In this document: positions 31,527 through 40,013 of the stretch, one piece after another
Layout: each line of letters opens with the position of its first letter
How positions within the stretch are numbered: the stretch's first letter is position 1
Origin: Flavobacterium sp.
GTDB taxonomy: Bacteria; Bacteroidota; Bacteroidia; Flavobacteriales; Flavobacteriaceae
NCBI GenBank assembly: GCA_036386895.1
Contig: DASVUR010000002.1
Location: 243 to 64,242, forward strand
Direction of reading: 5' to 3'
Length of the DNA: 64,000 nt
Translations under genes and position numbers: made by a program
Notes under the pieces: generated by a model
The model's input: the letters and a program-made list of their open reading frames with translations, nothing else
What the model was told of the DNA's origin: nothing
Databases searched by the model: none

Positions 31527-32096
31527 TTAGAAGACCAAAGTCACTTTAATTTCGAAATCGTCGTAGATCGCTTTGTCGCCAATGCTTTCAAAGAAGCTTT
31601 TTGAACCGTATCGAATATCGTATTTGGTACGGTCGATCGTTACATCGGCAGTCGCAGTATTTTTGTTAACCGTCATATCGAAAGTAACCGGTTTAGTTAT
31701 TCCTTTAATAGTCAGGTCGCCTGTTACTGTATAAACGTTAGCTGTTTTCGGGGTAACTTTTGTAAAGACCAATCTTGATGTGGCGAATTTGTCAGTTCCG
31801 AAAAAGTCATCTGCCTTTAGGTGGCCTTCCAGTTTTTCTTTTCCCTGGCCGGCTTTCAAATCGGTTACGGCAATCGAGTTCATATCGATTGTAAAGCTTC
31901 CGCCGGTAAGTTTTTTGCTTTTGAATGTCAGAACTCCATCCTGAAGTTTCACGGTTCCATCGTGTTTTCCGGTCACTTTTTTACCTTCCCAAGTGATGGT
32001 GCTCTTGTTCACGTCGACTTTTTTAGTCTGTGCCGAAGCAGTTGCGGTTCCGAACGCAATCAAAAATGCGATTGCAATTGTCTTAAGATTCTTCAT
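31527..32096 (-). CDS. YceI-family secreted polyisoprenoid-binding protein
   Basis: Signal peptide; WEGKKVTGKH, LEGHLKADDFF, IDRTKYDIRYGS. Confidence 0.9.
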   Translation of the reverse strand: MKNLKTIAIAFLIAFGTATASAQTKKVDVNKSTITWEGKKVTGKHDGTVKLQDGVLTFKSKKLTGGSFTIDMNSIAVTDLKAGQGKEKLEGHLKADDFFGTDKFATSRLVFTKVTPKTANVYTVTGDLTIKGITKPVTFDMTVNKNTATADVTIDRTKYDIRYGSKSFFESIGDKAIYDDFEIKVTLVF

Positions 32097-32116
32097 TGTT
32101 TAAAATTGATTATTGG

Positions 32117-32746
32117 TTATAAATTGATAAATAATTCTGCATTTGGTTTTCGCACCTTTTTCAGATGTTGTGCGGCATCTTCGTTATGACGGTAGCCTAG
32201 CGTTGCAATTACAGCCGTATTCAGGCCCATTCCGTCAAGCTTAAGGATTTCGTTAAATCTTTTTGCGTCGAAACCTTCCATTGGGGTTGCATCGATCTTC
32301 AAAAAGGCTGCGGTATTAATTAACGTCGACAGCGCAATGTAGGTTTGCCGCCTTGTCCAGTGTTCGTTGTCTTCATTCGACAACCTGCCCACGAATCCGG
32401 TGATGCTTTTACTGAAACCCGACAAGCTCTCGACTTCAATGCCCCGGGTCGCGGCAATGTTCTTCATATAGGCTTCAATTTGCGGCTGACCGACATTCGT
32501 CTCGTTCGCAAAGATAAACAAATGGGACGCCTCGGTAACTGCAGATTGGTCGAAGGCTGCGGCTCGAAGCTGATCGCGAAGTTCAGGATTTTCTACAATT
32601 AGTACCTTGTAGGGCTGTAAACCCATTGATGACACGCTGAGTTTAACCGCTTCTTTTAACGTTTCAATATCTTCGGCAGAAATTTTCCTCGTCGGATCGT
32701 ATTTTTTCGTGGCATAGCGCCAGTTCAGGCTTTCAAGTATATTCAT
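32117..32746 (-). CDS. Nitroreductase (NfsB-like)
   Basis: WRYATKKYD, SSMGLQP, IDATPMEGFD, LGYR; start reset to MNILES. Confidence 0.9.
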   Translation of the reverse strand: MNILESLNWRYATKKYDPTRKISAEDIETLKEAVKLSVSSMGLQPYKVLIVENPELRDQLRAAAFDQSAVTEASHLFIFANETNVGQPQIEAYMKNIAATRGIEVESLSGFSKSITGFVGRLSNEDNEHWTRRQTYIALSTLINTAAFLKIDATPMEGFDAKRFNEILKLDGMGLNTAVIATLGYRHNEDAAQHLKKVRKPNAELFINL

Positions 32747-32750
32747 AATT

Positions 32751-33224
32751 TCAATTGTCGTGGTTATTTTTAATTTGCCGGAACTTTTCAAGAAGCCGGT
32801 TCAGCGTTTCAAGTTCTGTGCCGCTAAGATTGGAGGCAAAATATTGTTCGTATTCGTCGACCCTCGGATCCAGTTCCTGAAGAAGCGCGAGGCCGGCGCC
32901 TGTAATGCAAACTTCAATTTTACGACGGTTATTCGGACATACCTCGCGCGTCACGAGCCCTTTCAATAATAACTTATCAACGAGGCGCGTGGTGTTACTG
33001 GTGCGCGCAAGCATGCGTTCCTGAATCAGGCTCATGTTCGCCGGACAACCTTTTTGGCCCCGCAAAATGCGAAGAACATTAAACTGCTCGCCCGAAATAT
33101 CAAATGGCTTCAAAACTTCGTTGAACTTCTCGGCGATAATATTTTGCGTGAACAGAATATTCAATACCGTTTTCTTGCAGGTCGGCAATTCCGTTGATGA
33201 CTTTATAATGGTTTCAATCTTCAT
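32751..33224 (-). CDS. MarR-family regulator
   Basis: QFNVLRILRG, TTRLVDKLLLKGLVTR, RRKIEVCIT; start reset to MKIETI. Confidence 0.9.
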   Translation of the reverse strand: MKIETIIKSSTELPTCKKTVLNILFTQNIIAEKFNEVLKPFDISGEQFNVLRILRGQKGCPANMSLIQERMLARTSNTTRLVDKLLLKGLVTREVCPNNRRKIEVCITGAGLALLQELDPRVDEYEQYFASNLSGTELETLNRLLEKFRQIKNNHDN

Positions 33225-33240
33225 AACCCGTTGCGACATT

Positions 33241-33286
33241 ATTTGTAGGTACAAATGTATGGATGTTTTTATTTGTATCTACAAAT
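33241..33286. promoter_or_regulatory. Two palindromic operators (putative MarR sites)
   Basis: ATTTGTA-gg-TACAAAT (33241-33256) and ATTTGTA-tc-TACAAAT (33271-33286); the first overlaps the minus-strand TACATTTG box. Confidence 0.75.
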
Positions 33287-33391
33287 GTTCTGTTATTTTT
33301 TTGTTAAAAGAAAAATTGAAGGCTTTTAGAATGGTTAATTTTAAGGCTTCTGCGCAAGCATAAATGCCTGCGCAATCCGAACATAAAACTA

Positions 33392-33724
33392 ATGGAACGC
33401 CATACTATGAACCTATCGCAACAAGAATGGGCTTCGAAACTGAAGGAAGACGACAACGCTGTGATCTTGGATGTACGCACAGAAGATGAGGTTAACGAAG
33501 GAATGATACCGAACGCTATCAATCTTGATATCTATAAAGGCCAGGGTTTTATTTACGCTGTCGACGAACTCGATAAATCGCGTAACTATTATGTGTATTG
33601 CAAAGCAGGCGGCCGAAGCGAACAAGCTTGTAAGATCATGAACCAGCTTGGGTTTGAAAACACCTACAACCTTATTGGCGGAATGACCGACTGGCGTGGC
33701 GAAGTAGTGCTGCCGGAAAAATAA
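33392..33724 (+). CDS. Rhodanese-like domain protein
   Basis: ILDVRT and YVYCKAGGRS active-site loop. Confidence 0.88.
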   Translation: MERHTMNLSQQEWASKLKEDDNAVILDVRTEDEVNEGMIPNAINLDIYKGQGFIYAVDELDKSRNYYVYCKAGGRSEQACKIMNQLGFENTYNLIGGMTDWRGEVVLPEK

Positions 33725-33725
33725 C

Positions 33726-33747
33726 GAGAGGCTTGGCCTCTTTTTTT
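33726..33747 (+). terminator. Short intrinsic terminator after the rhodanese gene
   Basis: GAGGC-ttg-GCCTC followed by 7 T. Confidence 0.6.
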
Positions 33748-33766
33748 GTGCATTAATATTCGATAT

Positions 33767-35347
33767 ATGGCTACAATTCCTGAAAAATATAGTATTGCCT
33801 GTCTTACACACCAACGCTCCTGGCTTGTAAATGGCGAGTTGAGGCGATGGACAGGTGAAACGACCGAGGTTTTCTCTACAATTTCATCAACTGCTGAATA
33901 CGCACCCACGCTGCTCGGAACGATTCCCGCAATGGGCGCCACAGAAGCGGCTGAGGCGGTGCAATCAGCTGCCGATGCCTACGCCAAAGGTCAGGGCATG
34001 TGGCCAACAATGAAGGTTGCAGCCCGAATAAGATGCATGGTTCAGTTTGTAGAGCAAATGAAAACCAAGCGTGAAGAGGTTGTAAAATTCCTGATGTGGG
34101 AAATCGGTAAGTCACTAGCCGAATCCGAAAAGGAGTTTGATCGCACCGTGGACTATATATACGATACAATTGAGGATTACAAAAAAATCGACCATGAAGG
34201 CGCGCATTTCGTTAAGAGCCAAGGCATCAATGCGATGATACGCCGCGGTCCGCTTGGGGTTGTGTTGTGTCTGGGTCCTTATAATTATCCGCTGAACGAA
34301 ACCTTTGCGTTGCTAATTCCTGCGCTCATTATGGGAAACACGGTAATCTTTAAGCCCGCTAAGCTCGGAATTTTACTGTTGTCGCCATTGCTTGAACCGT
34401 TTGCAAACAGCTTTCCAAAAGGCGTCTTAAATGTCGTTTACGGACGCGGTAGGGAAGTGGCAGGACCCATAATGCAATCAGGGAAGATCGACGTACTCGC
34501 GCTGATCGGTAACAGTAAATCGGCTGTCGCGCTACAGGACCAACATCCGAACAAGAACCGGCTGCGGCTTGTGCTGGGTTTGGAAGCCAAGAATCCTGCT
34601 ATTATATTGCCGGATGCCGATCTTGATCTCGCCATCGAGGAATGCCTCGCCGGAACACTATCGTTCAATGGCCAGCGCTGCACCGCTTTAAAAATTATAT
34701 ATGTTCATGAAGATATTGTAGCGGAGTTTAACCAACGTTTTTCTGAACGTGTCGATGCAATGCCTTTCGGAAATCCGTGGGATCCCGGAGTAAAACTGAC
34801 GCCGCTTCCAGAACCGGACAAACCTGCATTTATTCAAGGATTAATTGACGACGCTACGGCAAAAGGAGCGTCAATTTTAAATAAGAAGGGCGCACACCGA
34901 TCAGAAAATTATATTTTTCCAGCCGTGCTCTATCCTGTTTCGAGAGCTATGCGCATTTATTCAGAAGAGCAGTTTGGACCGGTGATTCCGATCCTGAGTT
35001 TTTCGAATATACAAGAACCCCTGGACGATATGGCAGAGTCGAATTATGGTCAGCAGGTAAGCCTTTTCGGAAACAACATCAGGACACTCGCACCATTAAT
35101 CGATACTTTGGTGAACTTGGTCTGTCGCGTCAATCTGAACAGCTCGTGCCAACGCGGCCCCGATGTCTTTCCGTTCACAGGACGAAAAGATTCTGCTGTG
35201 GCCACACTCAGTATACACGATGCGCTGAGGTCGTTTTCGATCCGTACGCTTGTTGCCGCAAAAGATAACGAAACAAACAACGCGATATTCAATGATCTGC
35301 TGCAAAGCAAGGATTCTAATTTTATTAACACCGATTATATTTTATAG
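33767..35347 (+). CDS. gapN: NADP-dependent non-phosphorylating glyceraldehyde-3-phosphate dehydrogenase (ALDH family)
   Basis: [18 protein letters not shown] (catalytic Glu), FNGQRCTA (catalytic Cys), EEQFGP, GRKDSA; start reset to MATIPE. Confidence 0.8.
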   Translation: MATIPEKYSIACLTHQRSWLVNGELRRWTGETTEVFSTISSTAEYAPTLLGTIPAMGATEAAEAVQSAADAYAKGQGMWPTMKVAARIRCMVQFVEQMKTKREEVVKFLMWEIGKSLAESEKEFDRTVDYIYDTIEDYKKIDHEGAHFVKSQGINAMIRRGPLGVVLCLGPYNYPLNETFALLIPALIMGNTVIFKPAKLGILLLSPLLEPFANSFPKGVLNVVYGRGREVAGPIMQSGKIDVLALIGNSKSAVALQDQHPNKNRLRLVLGLEAKNPAIILPDADLDLAIEECLAGTLSFNGQRCTALKIIYVHEDIVAEFNQRFSERVDAMPFGNPWDPGVKLTPLPEPDKPAFIQGLIDDATAKGASILNKKGAHRSENYIFPAVLYPVSRAMRIYSEEQFGPVIPILSFSNIQEPLDDMAESNYGQQVSLFGNNIRTLAPLIDTLVNLVCRVNLNSSCQRGPDVFPFTGRKDSAVATLSIHDALRSFSIRTLVAAKDNETNNAIFNDLLQSKDSNFINTDYIL

Positions 35348-35349
35348 CC

Positions 35350-35652
35350 ATGAGCAAATTCCATGAACTGATAAATACCGGGAAGCCGGTGCTCATCGAC
35401 TTTTTCGCCGACTGGTGCGGACCATGTAAAATGCTGGCGCCGGTGCTGAAAGAAGTAAAGTCGGAATTGGGCGATTCGGTCTCAATCCTGAAGATCGACG
35501 TTGATAAGAATCAGCCGCTTGCGGCACAGTTCGACGTTCGTGGCGTACCCACGATGATACTGTTCAAAGACGGGAAGCAGATTTGGCGACAGTCCGGAGT
35601 TGTTCCGAAAGACGAAATCGTAAAGGTTATAAAACCGCATACTTCAAATTAA
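35350..35652 (+). CDS. trxA: Thioredoxin
   Basis: WCGPC; VRGVPT. Confidence 0.93.
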   Translation: MSKFHELINTGKPVLIDFFADWCGPCKMLAPVLKEVKSELGDSVSILKIDVDKNQPLAAQFDVRGVPTMILFKDGKQIWRQSGVVPKDEIVKVIKPHTSN

Positions 35653-35711
35653 AAGTATAATTTTTCGCTGCAAATGTGTAATGGCGAAAAGGGCCATTTG
35701 TTGCACTTTTG
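35651..35711 (+). promoter_or_regulatory. Island regulon promoter (21-bp tandem sites plus -7 box)
   Basis: aaaagtataa-N11-aaatgtgtaa-N22-CACTTTTG. Confidence 0.55.
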
Positions 35712-35727
35712 TTTAAAATCGAAACCA

Positions 35728-36027
35728 ATGAATACAAAAAACGAACATTTGAACAAAGATCAGCACAATCAGCTACGTGATGATCTTGCTGTAAACGATG
35801 GGATGACCGCGTCTTCAGCACGCCATACGAAAGACGATCCGGAAAGCGCTGAACATCCGGATCATTACGATCCGGCGACCAAACCGGGCGGCAAATACAA
35901 CATCAACGACCAGGCGCATTCGCAGAGTAGCAAGGAGGATTTTATAAAAACGGTGTCGAATTTCGAACATTCAGACGGCACAACGCCGCCTTCGCAGATC
36001 GACAGCAAAAATCTGAGTCCCGACTAA
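35728..36027 (+). CDS. Small hydrophilic, probably disordered hypothetical protein
   Basis: 99 aa rich in D/H/K/N/S; start reset to MNTKNE downstream of the promoter. Confidence 0.65.
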   Translation: MNTKNEHLNKDQHNQLRDDLAVNDGMTASSARHTKDDPESAEHPDHYDPATKPGGKYNINDQAHSQSSKEDFIKTVSNFEHSDGTTPPSQIDSKNLSPD

Positions 36028-36045
36028 ACTGCTGCAGGTTTCTAT

Positions 36046-37326
36046 ATGGAGAATGAAAACCCCGTGCCTGAACCCAAAGGCTTTTTTGGCAAGAACCCGT
36101 CCATCCGCATTCGCGAGTTTCAGCATTACCTAAGCATTCGCTTCGGGCTGATTTTCGCCCTGAACATGCAGTCGACCATAATCTATTACTGGGTGTACGA
36201 CATTACCCGCGATAAGCTTGCATTAGGATTTGTGGGCTTGGCGGAAGTAATTCCTGCGTTGACTTTTTCTTTATTCGCGGGCCATTTTGTTGATTTGAAC
36301 GAAAAACGCAAGATGGTGTTGCTGTGTCTTTCAGGTTATATTATACTTGGACTCGGACTCGCCTCGCTTACACTTCCGTTTACCGAACATTTCGCGCTGA
36401 ACACCAAGTTATACCTAATATATTTTCTCGTGTTTATTGGCGGAATCCTGAGGTCATTTTATAGTCCGTCGATGTTTTCTCTGTTCGGACTCGTCGTGCC
36501 GCGCGTTAATTACGCGAATGCCACAAGCTGGAGCAGCATGGCGTGGCAACTTGGCGCAGTATTAGGTCCGCTCACCGCGGGATTCCTGATTGCATTGATC
36601 GACATCGGTGCAGCGATGCTAACGGTAGTTGCAGTTGAACTGGTACTGCTGATTCCGTTGTTTTCAATTTCAGTAAAGCCCATTCTCAAAAAAGAAAAAG
36701 AACCGATCCTGAAAAGCCTTACCGAAGGATTACGTTTTGTATGGAACACCCCGGCATTGCTTGGAGCACAAATGCTCGATATGTTTTCAGTCTTGTTTGG
36801 TGGCGCGGTTGCCTTACTGCCGGTTTTTCAAAAGGAGATACTGCATGTAGATGAAATGGGATTTGGGATATTACGATCGGCACCGGGAATTGGCGCATTA
36901 CTGACACTTGGACTGCTCGCGTTTCTTCCGCTGCAGCGAAATCCGGGGCGCAAACTATTCTTGTGTGTGACAGGATTTGCGCTTTCGATAATTGTGTTCG
37001 GTTTATCGCGAAACTTCCTGCTATCGTTCTTTATGTTGCTGCTGTCGGGTATGTTCGATGCGGTAAGTGTCGTGATTCGAAGCACGATTTTACAATTGGT
37101 TACTCCAGATGCTATGCGTGGCAGAGTTGCTTCGGTGAATACAATGTTTGTTAGTTCTTCGAACGAACTCGGCGATTTCGAAAGTGGTGTTATGGCTCAC
37201 TGGCTGGGTGCCTCACGGGCTGTTGTTGCCGGAGGCTGTATTACATTGGCCGTCATAGCCTTTACTTACTTTAAGGCGCCGCAGTTACGACGTTTTAAGT
37301 TTGAAGATCAACAGGCGGCGAATTGA
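36046..37326 (+). CDS. MFS transporter (DHA3/EntS-like)
   Basis: About 12 TM; AGHFVDLNEKR; MLDMFSVLFGGAVALLPVF; GRVASVN. Confidence 0.85.
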   Translation: MENENPVPEPKGFFGKNPSIRIREFQHYLSIRFGLIFALNMQSTIIYYWVYDITRDKLALGFVGLAEVIPALTFSLFAGHFVDLNEKRKMVLLCLSGYIILGLGLASLTLPFTEHFALNTKLYLIYFLVFIGGILRSFYSPSMFSLFGLVVPRVNYANATSWSSMAWQLGAVLGPLTAGFLIALIDIGAAMLTVVAVELVLLIPLFSISVKPILKKEKEPILKSLTEGLRFVWNTPALLGAQMLDMFSVLFGGAVALLPVFQKEILHVDEMGFGILRSAPGIGALLTLGLLAFLPLQRNPGRKLFLCVTGFALSIIVFGLSRNFLLSFFMLLLSGMFDAVSVVIRSTILQLVTPDAMRGRVASVNTMFVSSSNELGDFESGVMAHWLGASRAVVAGGCITLAVIAFTYFKAPQLRRFKFEDQQAAN

Positions 37327-37348
37327 TATTGTTGCACAATTATACTTT

Positions 37349-37408
37349 AATAGTACAAACTTAGGTGCGAATTGTGTAAACAGCAACAATGTTTAATGCC
37401 CGATATTG
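37349..37408 (+). promoter_or_regulatory. Tandem regulon sites with a degenerate -7 box
   Basis: aatagtacaa-N11-aattgtgtaa-N21-cgatattg. Confidence 0.45.
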
Positions 37409-37566
37409 CACCTATCAACAACCGTTAACAGATTGGAAGCCTATGGTATAGCAATTACTTACCCTTAAATGACGCGTTCGTCACAACGCTATGCATTAAC
37501 AACCAACAACTCAGCTTCTTATTCAACAACTTTCGGATTCGTATCTAATAATTTATAGCTATTTTT

Positions 37567-37605
37567 AATTAAGTAACTATCAGATGATTATTTTTTTTAA
37601 CTTTA
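37567..37605 (+). promoter_or_regulatory. AraC gene promoter with a single regulon site
   Basis: aattaagtaa-N21-TAACTTTA. Confidence 0.45.
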
Positions 37606-37630
37606 ATCCGTAAAAAAAAACTCACAGGAC

Positions 37631-38191
37631 ATGAAATTTAATGTGACTTTTCAGAACGTTACCCCGATGACAATTGTGCAGGAACAATTAGATCGGTTCA
37701 ATATTAATTACAAACTCCTGAATGCGGGGGAAATCGAAATACAGGATGAGCTCACTCCTGATCGGTATTCCCAACTTGAAACTTCGCTTAGCAGATACAG
37801 CATACAAATCTTAAATGACCAAAAGAGCCAATTGGTTCAAAAGATTAAAAACATACTGATTGAACTTGCGCATGACGACAAGCCGTTGCAGATGACCTTA
37901 TCTTGCTATCTCGCAAAAGAACTCAATCTGAGTTACGGGTACATCTCGTATGTCTTTACCATGCATACCTATACATCGATTGAGAATTATATCATCATGG
38001 TGAAGATTGAGCGTGCGAAGAAACTTATTATGGAAGACTTGCTTACCCTTAAGGAAATCAGCTATAAATTAAATTACAGCAGCGTTGGCCACTTCTCACG
38101 TCAATTTAAGAAAACGACAGGCCTTACAATTTCTACTTTTAAAAAAATTATCAGTAATAAAAGACGCCGTCCAACCGTATTAAAAGCTTAA
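37631..38191 (+). CDS. AraC-family transcriptional regulator
   Basis: IERAKKLI...LKEISYKLNYSSVGHFSRQFKKTTG HTH; short N-terminal domain without Cys. Confidence 0.92.
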   Translation: MKFNVTFQNVTPMTIVQEQLDRFNINYKLLNAGEIEIQDELTPDRYSQLETSLSRYSIQILNDQKSQLVQKIKNILIELAHDDKPLQMTLSCYLAKELNLSYGYISYVFTMHTYTSIENYIIMVKIERAKKLIMEDLLTLKEISYKLNYSSVGHFSRQFKKTTGLTISTFKKIISNKRRRPTVLKA

Positions 38192-38199
38192 AATTTTAA

Positions 38200-38655
38200 A
38201 TGAATACCTCCACAAACAGCCCGATGAACATTCTATTGGCAGATGATGATGCAGATGACAGGGCGCTTTTTAAGGCCGCCTTGGACGAGATGAATGTTGA
38301 TTCCGATCTTACGATGGTGAAAGACGGCAAGGAACTGATGAATTTTCTGGAAAACCAGGGAAATGCTTTACCGCACATCCTTTTTCTGGATTTGAACATG
38401 CCGGGCAAAAGCGGTACCAGTTGTCTCAACGAAATCAGGTCACAGTCACGCTTCAGGGACGTATCGGTTGCCATTTATTCTACTTCAAACTCTGAAAAGG
38501 ACATCGAGGAAACGTTATCAGGAGGTGCGAACGTTTATATCCACAAGCCCGACGATTTTGAAAAGCTGAAGCAAATCATCAAACATGTACTGAAGATCAA
38601 CTGGCAGTACCACACTTCAGGTTTGGATAAAGAAACTTTCTTCTTAAGCATATAA
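38200..38655 (+). CDS. Single-domain response regulator (receiver)
   Basis: ILLADDD, LFLDLNMP (phospho-Asp), YSTS, YIHKP. Confidence 0.93.
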   Translation: MNTSTNSPMNILLADDDADDRALFKAALDEMNVDSDLTMVKDGKELMNFLENQGNALPHILFLDLNMPGKSGTSCLNEIRSQSRFRDVSVAIYSTSNSEKDIEETLSGGANVYIHKPDDFEKLKQIIKHVLKINWQYHTSGLDKETFFLSI

Positions 38656-38683
38656 AAAAAGCGGAGCTTACGAGCTCCACTTT
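38654..38683. terminator. Intrinsic terminator between convergent genes
   Basis: AAAAAAA-GCGGAGCT-tacg-AGCTCCAC-TTT. Confidence 0.78.
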
Positions 38684-38711
38684 CTTCTAACCAACAATAA
38701 AATTTCTTCGG

Positions 38712-39095
38712 TTAATCATTTCCTCTGGCGAACCCGTTGCCACTATCGGGGTTCCGGTTGTTCGCGCCAGTGTTATCATTATCGTCAAATTCAGAATTAA
38801 ACCTTTTTCCTTCAGTAGAATTTTCATCTGTACCAAATTCTGCGTCAAGATCGTTGTCGTTATCCAAACTATCCATGTCGGAGGTTTGCGAGCCGCCGCT
38901 TCCGGCAAGCCTTTCATGGCCTTCATCAGTATTAAAACCTTCTTTGTTGCTAAATCCGTTCTCGTCGTTGCTTAACGCATCCGAAAGTCCGCTTAGGTTC
39001 TTAAGATGACTTTTGTCGCCACTGTGCATTGCGTCCGCGTCTCGTGAGCCACGCTGCGGATCTGTATTTCCAAAACTATCGTGTTGTGTTGCCAT
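38712..39095 (-). CDS. Hydrophilin-like disordered protein
   Basis: 127 aa dominated by D/N/S/G/E; directly downstream of the DUF892 gene. Confidence 0.7.
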   Translation of the reverse strand: MATQHDSFGNTDPQRGSRDADAMHSGDKSHLKNLSGLSDALSNDENGFSNKEGFNTDEGHERLAGSGGSQTSDMDSLDNDNDLDAEFGTDENSTEGKRFNSEFDDNDNTGANNRNPDSGNGFARGND

Positions 39096-39111
39096 GGGTT
39101 CTGTAATTTAG

Positions 39112-39771
39112 TTATTCTTCGTCTTCTGCCGCAGCATCAAAATTAATTGTGTTGTACGCAGCATCGGTAAGCAATTGATCTGCTTCTTTTTCTTCGGCTA
39201 AGGTTTGTTGTAAAAGTTCTACGACTTCATTTTCGCCGAGCGTTTTACCAAATGCGCAGATTGTGCCATATGTTGCAATCTCATAATGTTCAATTTTCTG
39301 TGAAGCTGCAATGATTCCGGCGTCACGAACTGGTCCGACTTCAGTTTCCTGCATAATCTCTTCACCTTCTTTAATCAGGCCGTCCATTGCCTCGCATTTT
39401 TTAGCGACTGCTTTCTTGCCGATAATTTCAAATACTTTTTCAAGCCGTTTAATCTGTTCTTCTGTAACCTTGATATGATCTTCGATCGTGGTTTTTAGAT
39501 TTTCAGATGAAGCGTTTTTCATCATTTTCGGCATCGCTTTGGTCAATGCTTTTTCGGCCCAGTAAATATCTTTAAGCGAGTCAACAAATAGTTCTCTCAG
39601 TCCGTCGGCCGCTGACGATTTTGCTTTTATTTTTCCACCCACTGTTTTTGGTGCTGAACTCTTCGAAGCTGTACTTTTCGAAGCTGTACTTTTCGAGGCC
39701 GTGCTTTTTGAGGCAGTGCTTTTTTTAGCAGCTGACGATTTAGCAGCTGTAGTTGTACCTGAATTTTTCAT
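39112..39771 (-). CDS. DUF892/YciF ferritin-like protein with basic N-terminal repeat tail
   Basis: LKDIYWAEK, HIKVTEEQIKRL, KCEAMDGLIKEG, QKIEHYEIATYGT, EEKEADQLLT. Confidence 0.92.
   Translation of the reverse strand: MKNSGTTTAAKSSAAKKSTASKSTASKSTASKSTASKSSAPKTVGGKIKAKSSAADGLRELFVDSLKDIYWAEKALTKAMPKMMKNASSENLKTTIEDHIKVTEEQIKRLEKVFEIIGKKAVAKKCEAMDGLIKEGEEIMQETEVGPVRDAGIIAASQKIEHYEIATYGTICAFGKTLGENEVVELLQQTLAEEKEADQLLTDAAYNTINFDAAAEDEE
39661..39750 (-). repeat. 15-bp degenerate tandem repeat encoding (S/K)KS(T/S)A pentapeptides
   Basis: Six units such as TTTCGAAGCTGTACT; protein AAKSSAAKKSTASKSTASKSTASKSTASKS. Confidence 0.85.
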
Positions 39772-39803
39772 ACGATATTGATTTTATTGTTTTACTAGAT
39801 TCA

Positions 39804-39864
39804 CAAAGTTCATCTACCGACTAATTTTTTTGCTTACAGAATTAGTACTTTCTATTACATTATT
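39804..39864 (-). promoter_or_regulatory. Island regulon promoter of the DUF892 operon
   Basis: Minus strand aataatgtaa-N11-aattctgtaa-N22-GAACTTTG. Confidence 0.6.
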
Positions 39865-40013
39865 TGGATATAACGCAGAAGCACTGTGCGTAAAGGAGTT
39901 ATGGTGCGGGTATTTCCGCAGTTCTTAAGGCCACGGTCACAAGTGAAGGAACTGGAGGCGGATGCTTAATGCCAAGTGTCGAATTCGGAGACGCGAATCG
40001 TTCTTGCGATGCA

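Noticed and set aside
39870-40013. Short hairpins downstream of the CheB-CheR kinase (ACGCA/TGCGT, GCGG/CCGC, CAGTTC/GAACTG)
   Set aside because: Stems are 4-6 bp with no promoter or T-tract; no tRNA or riboswitch hallmarks.
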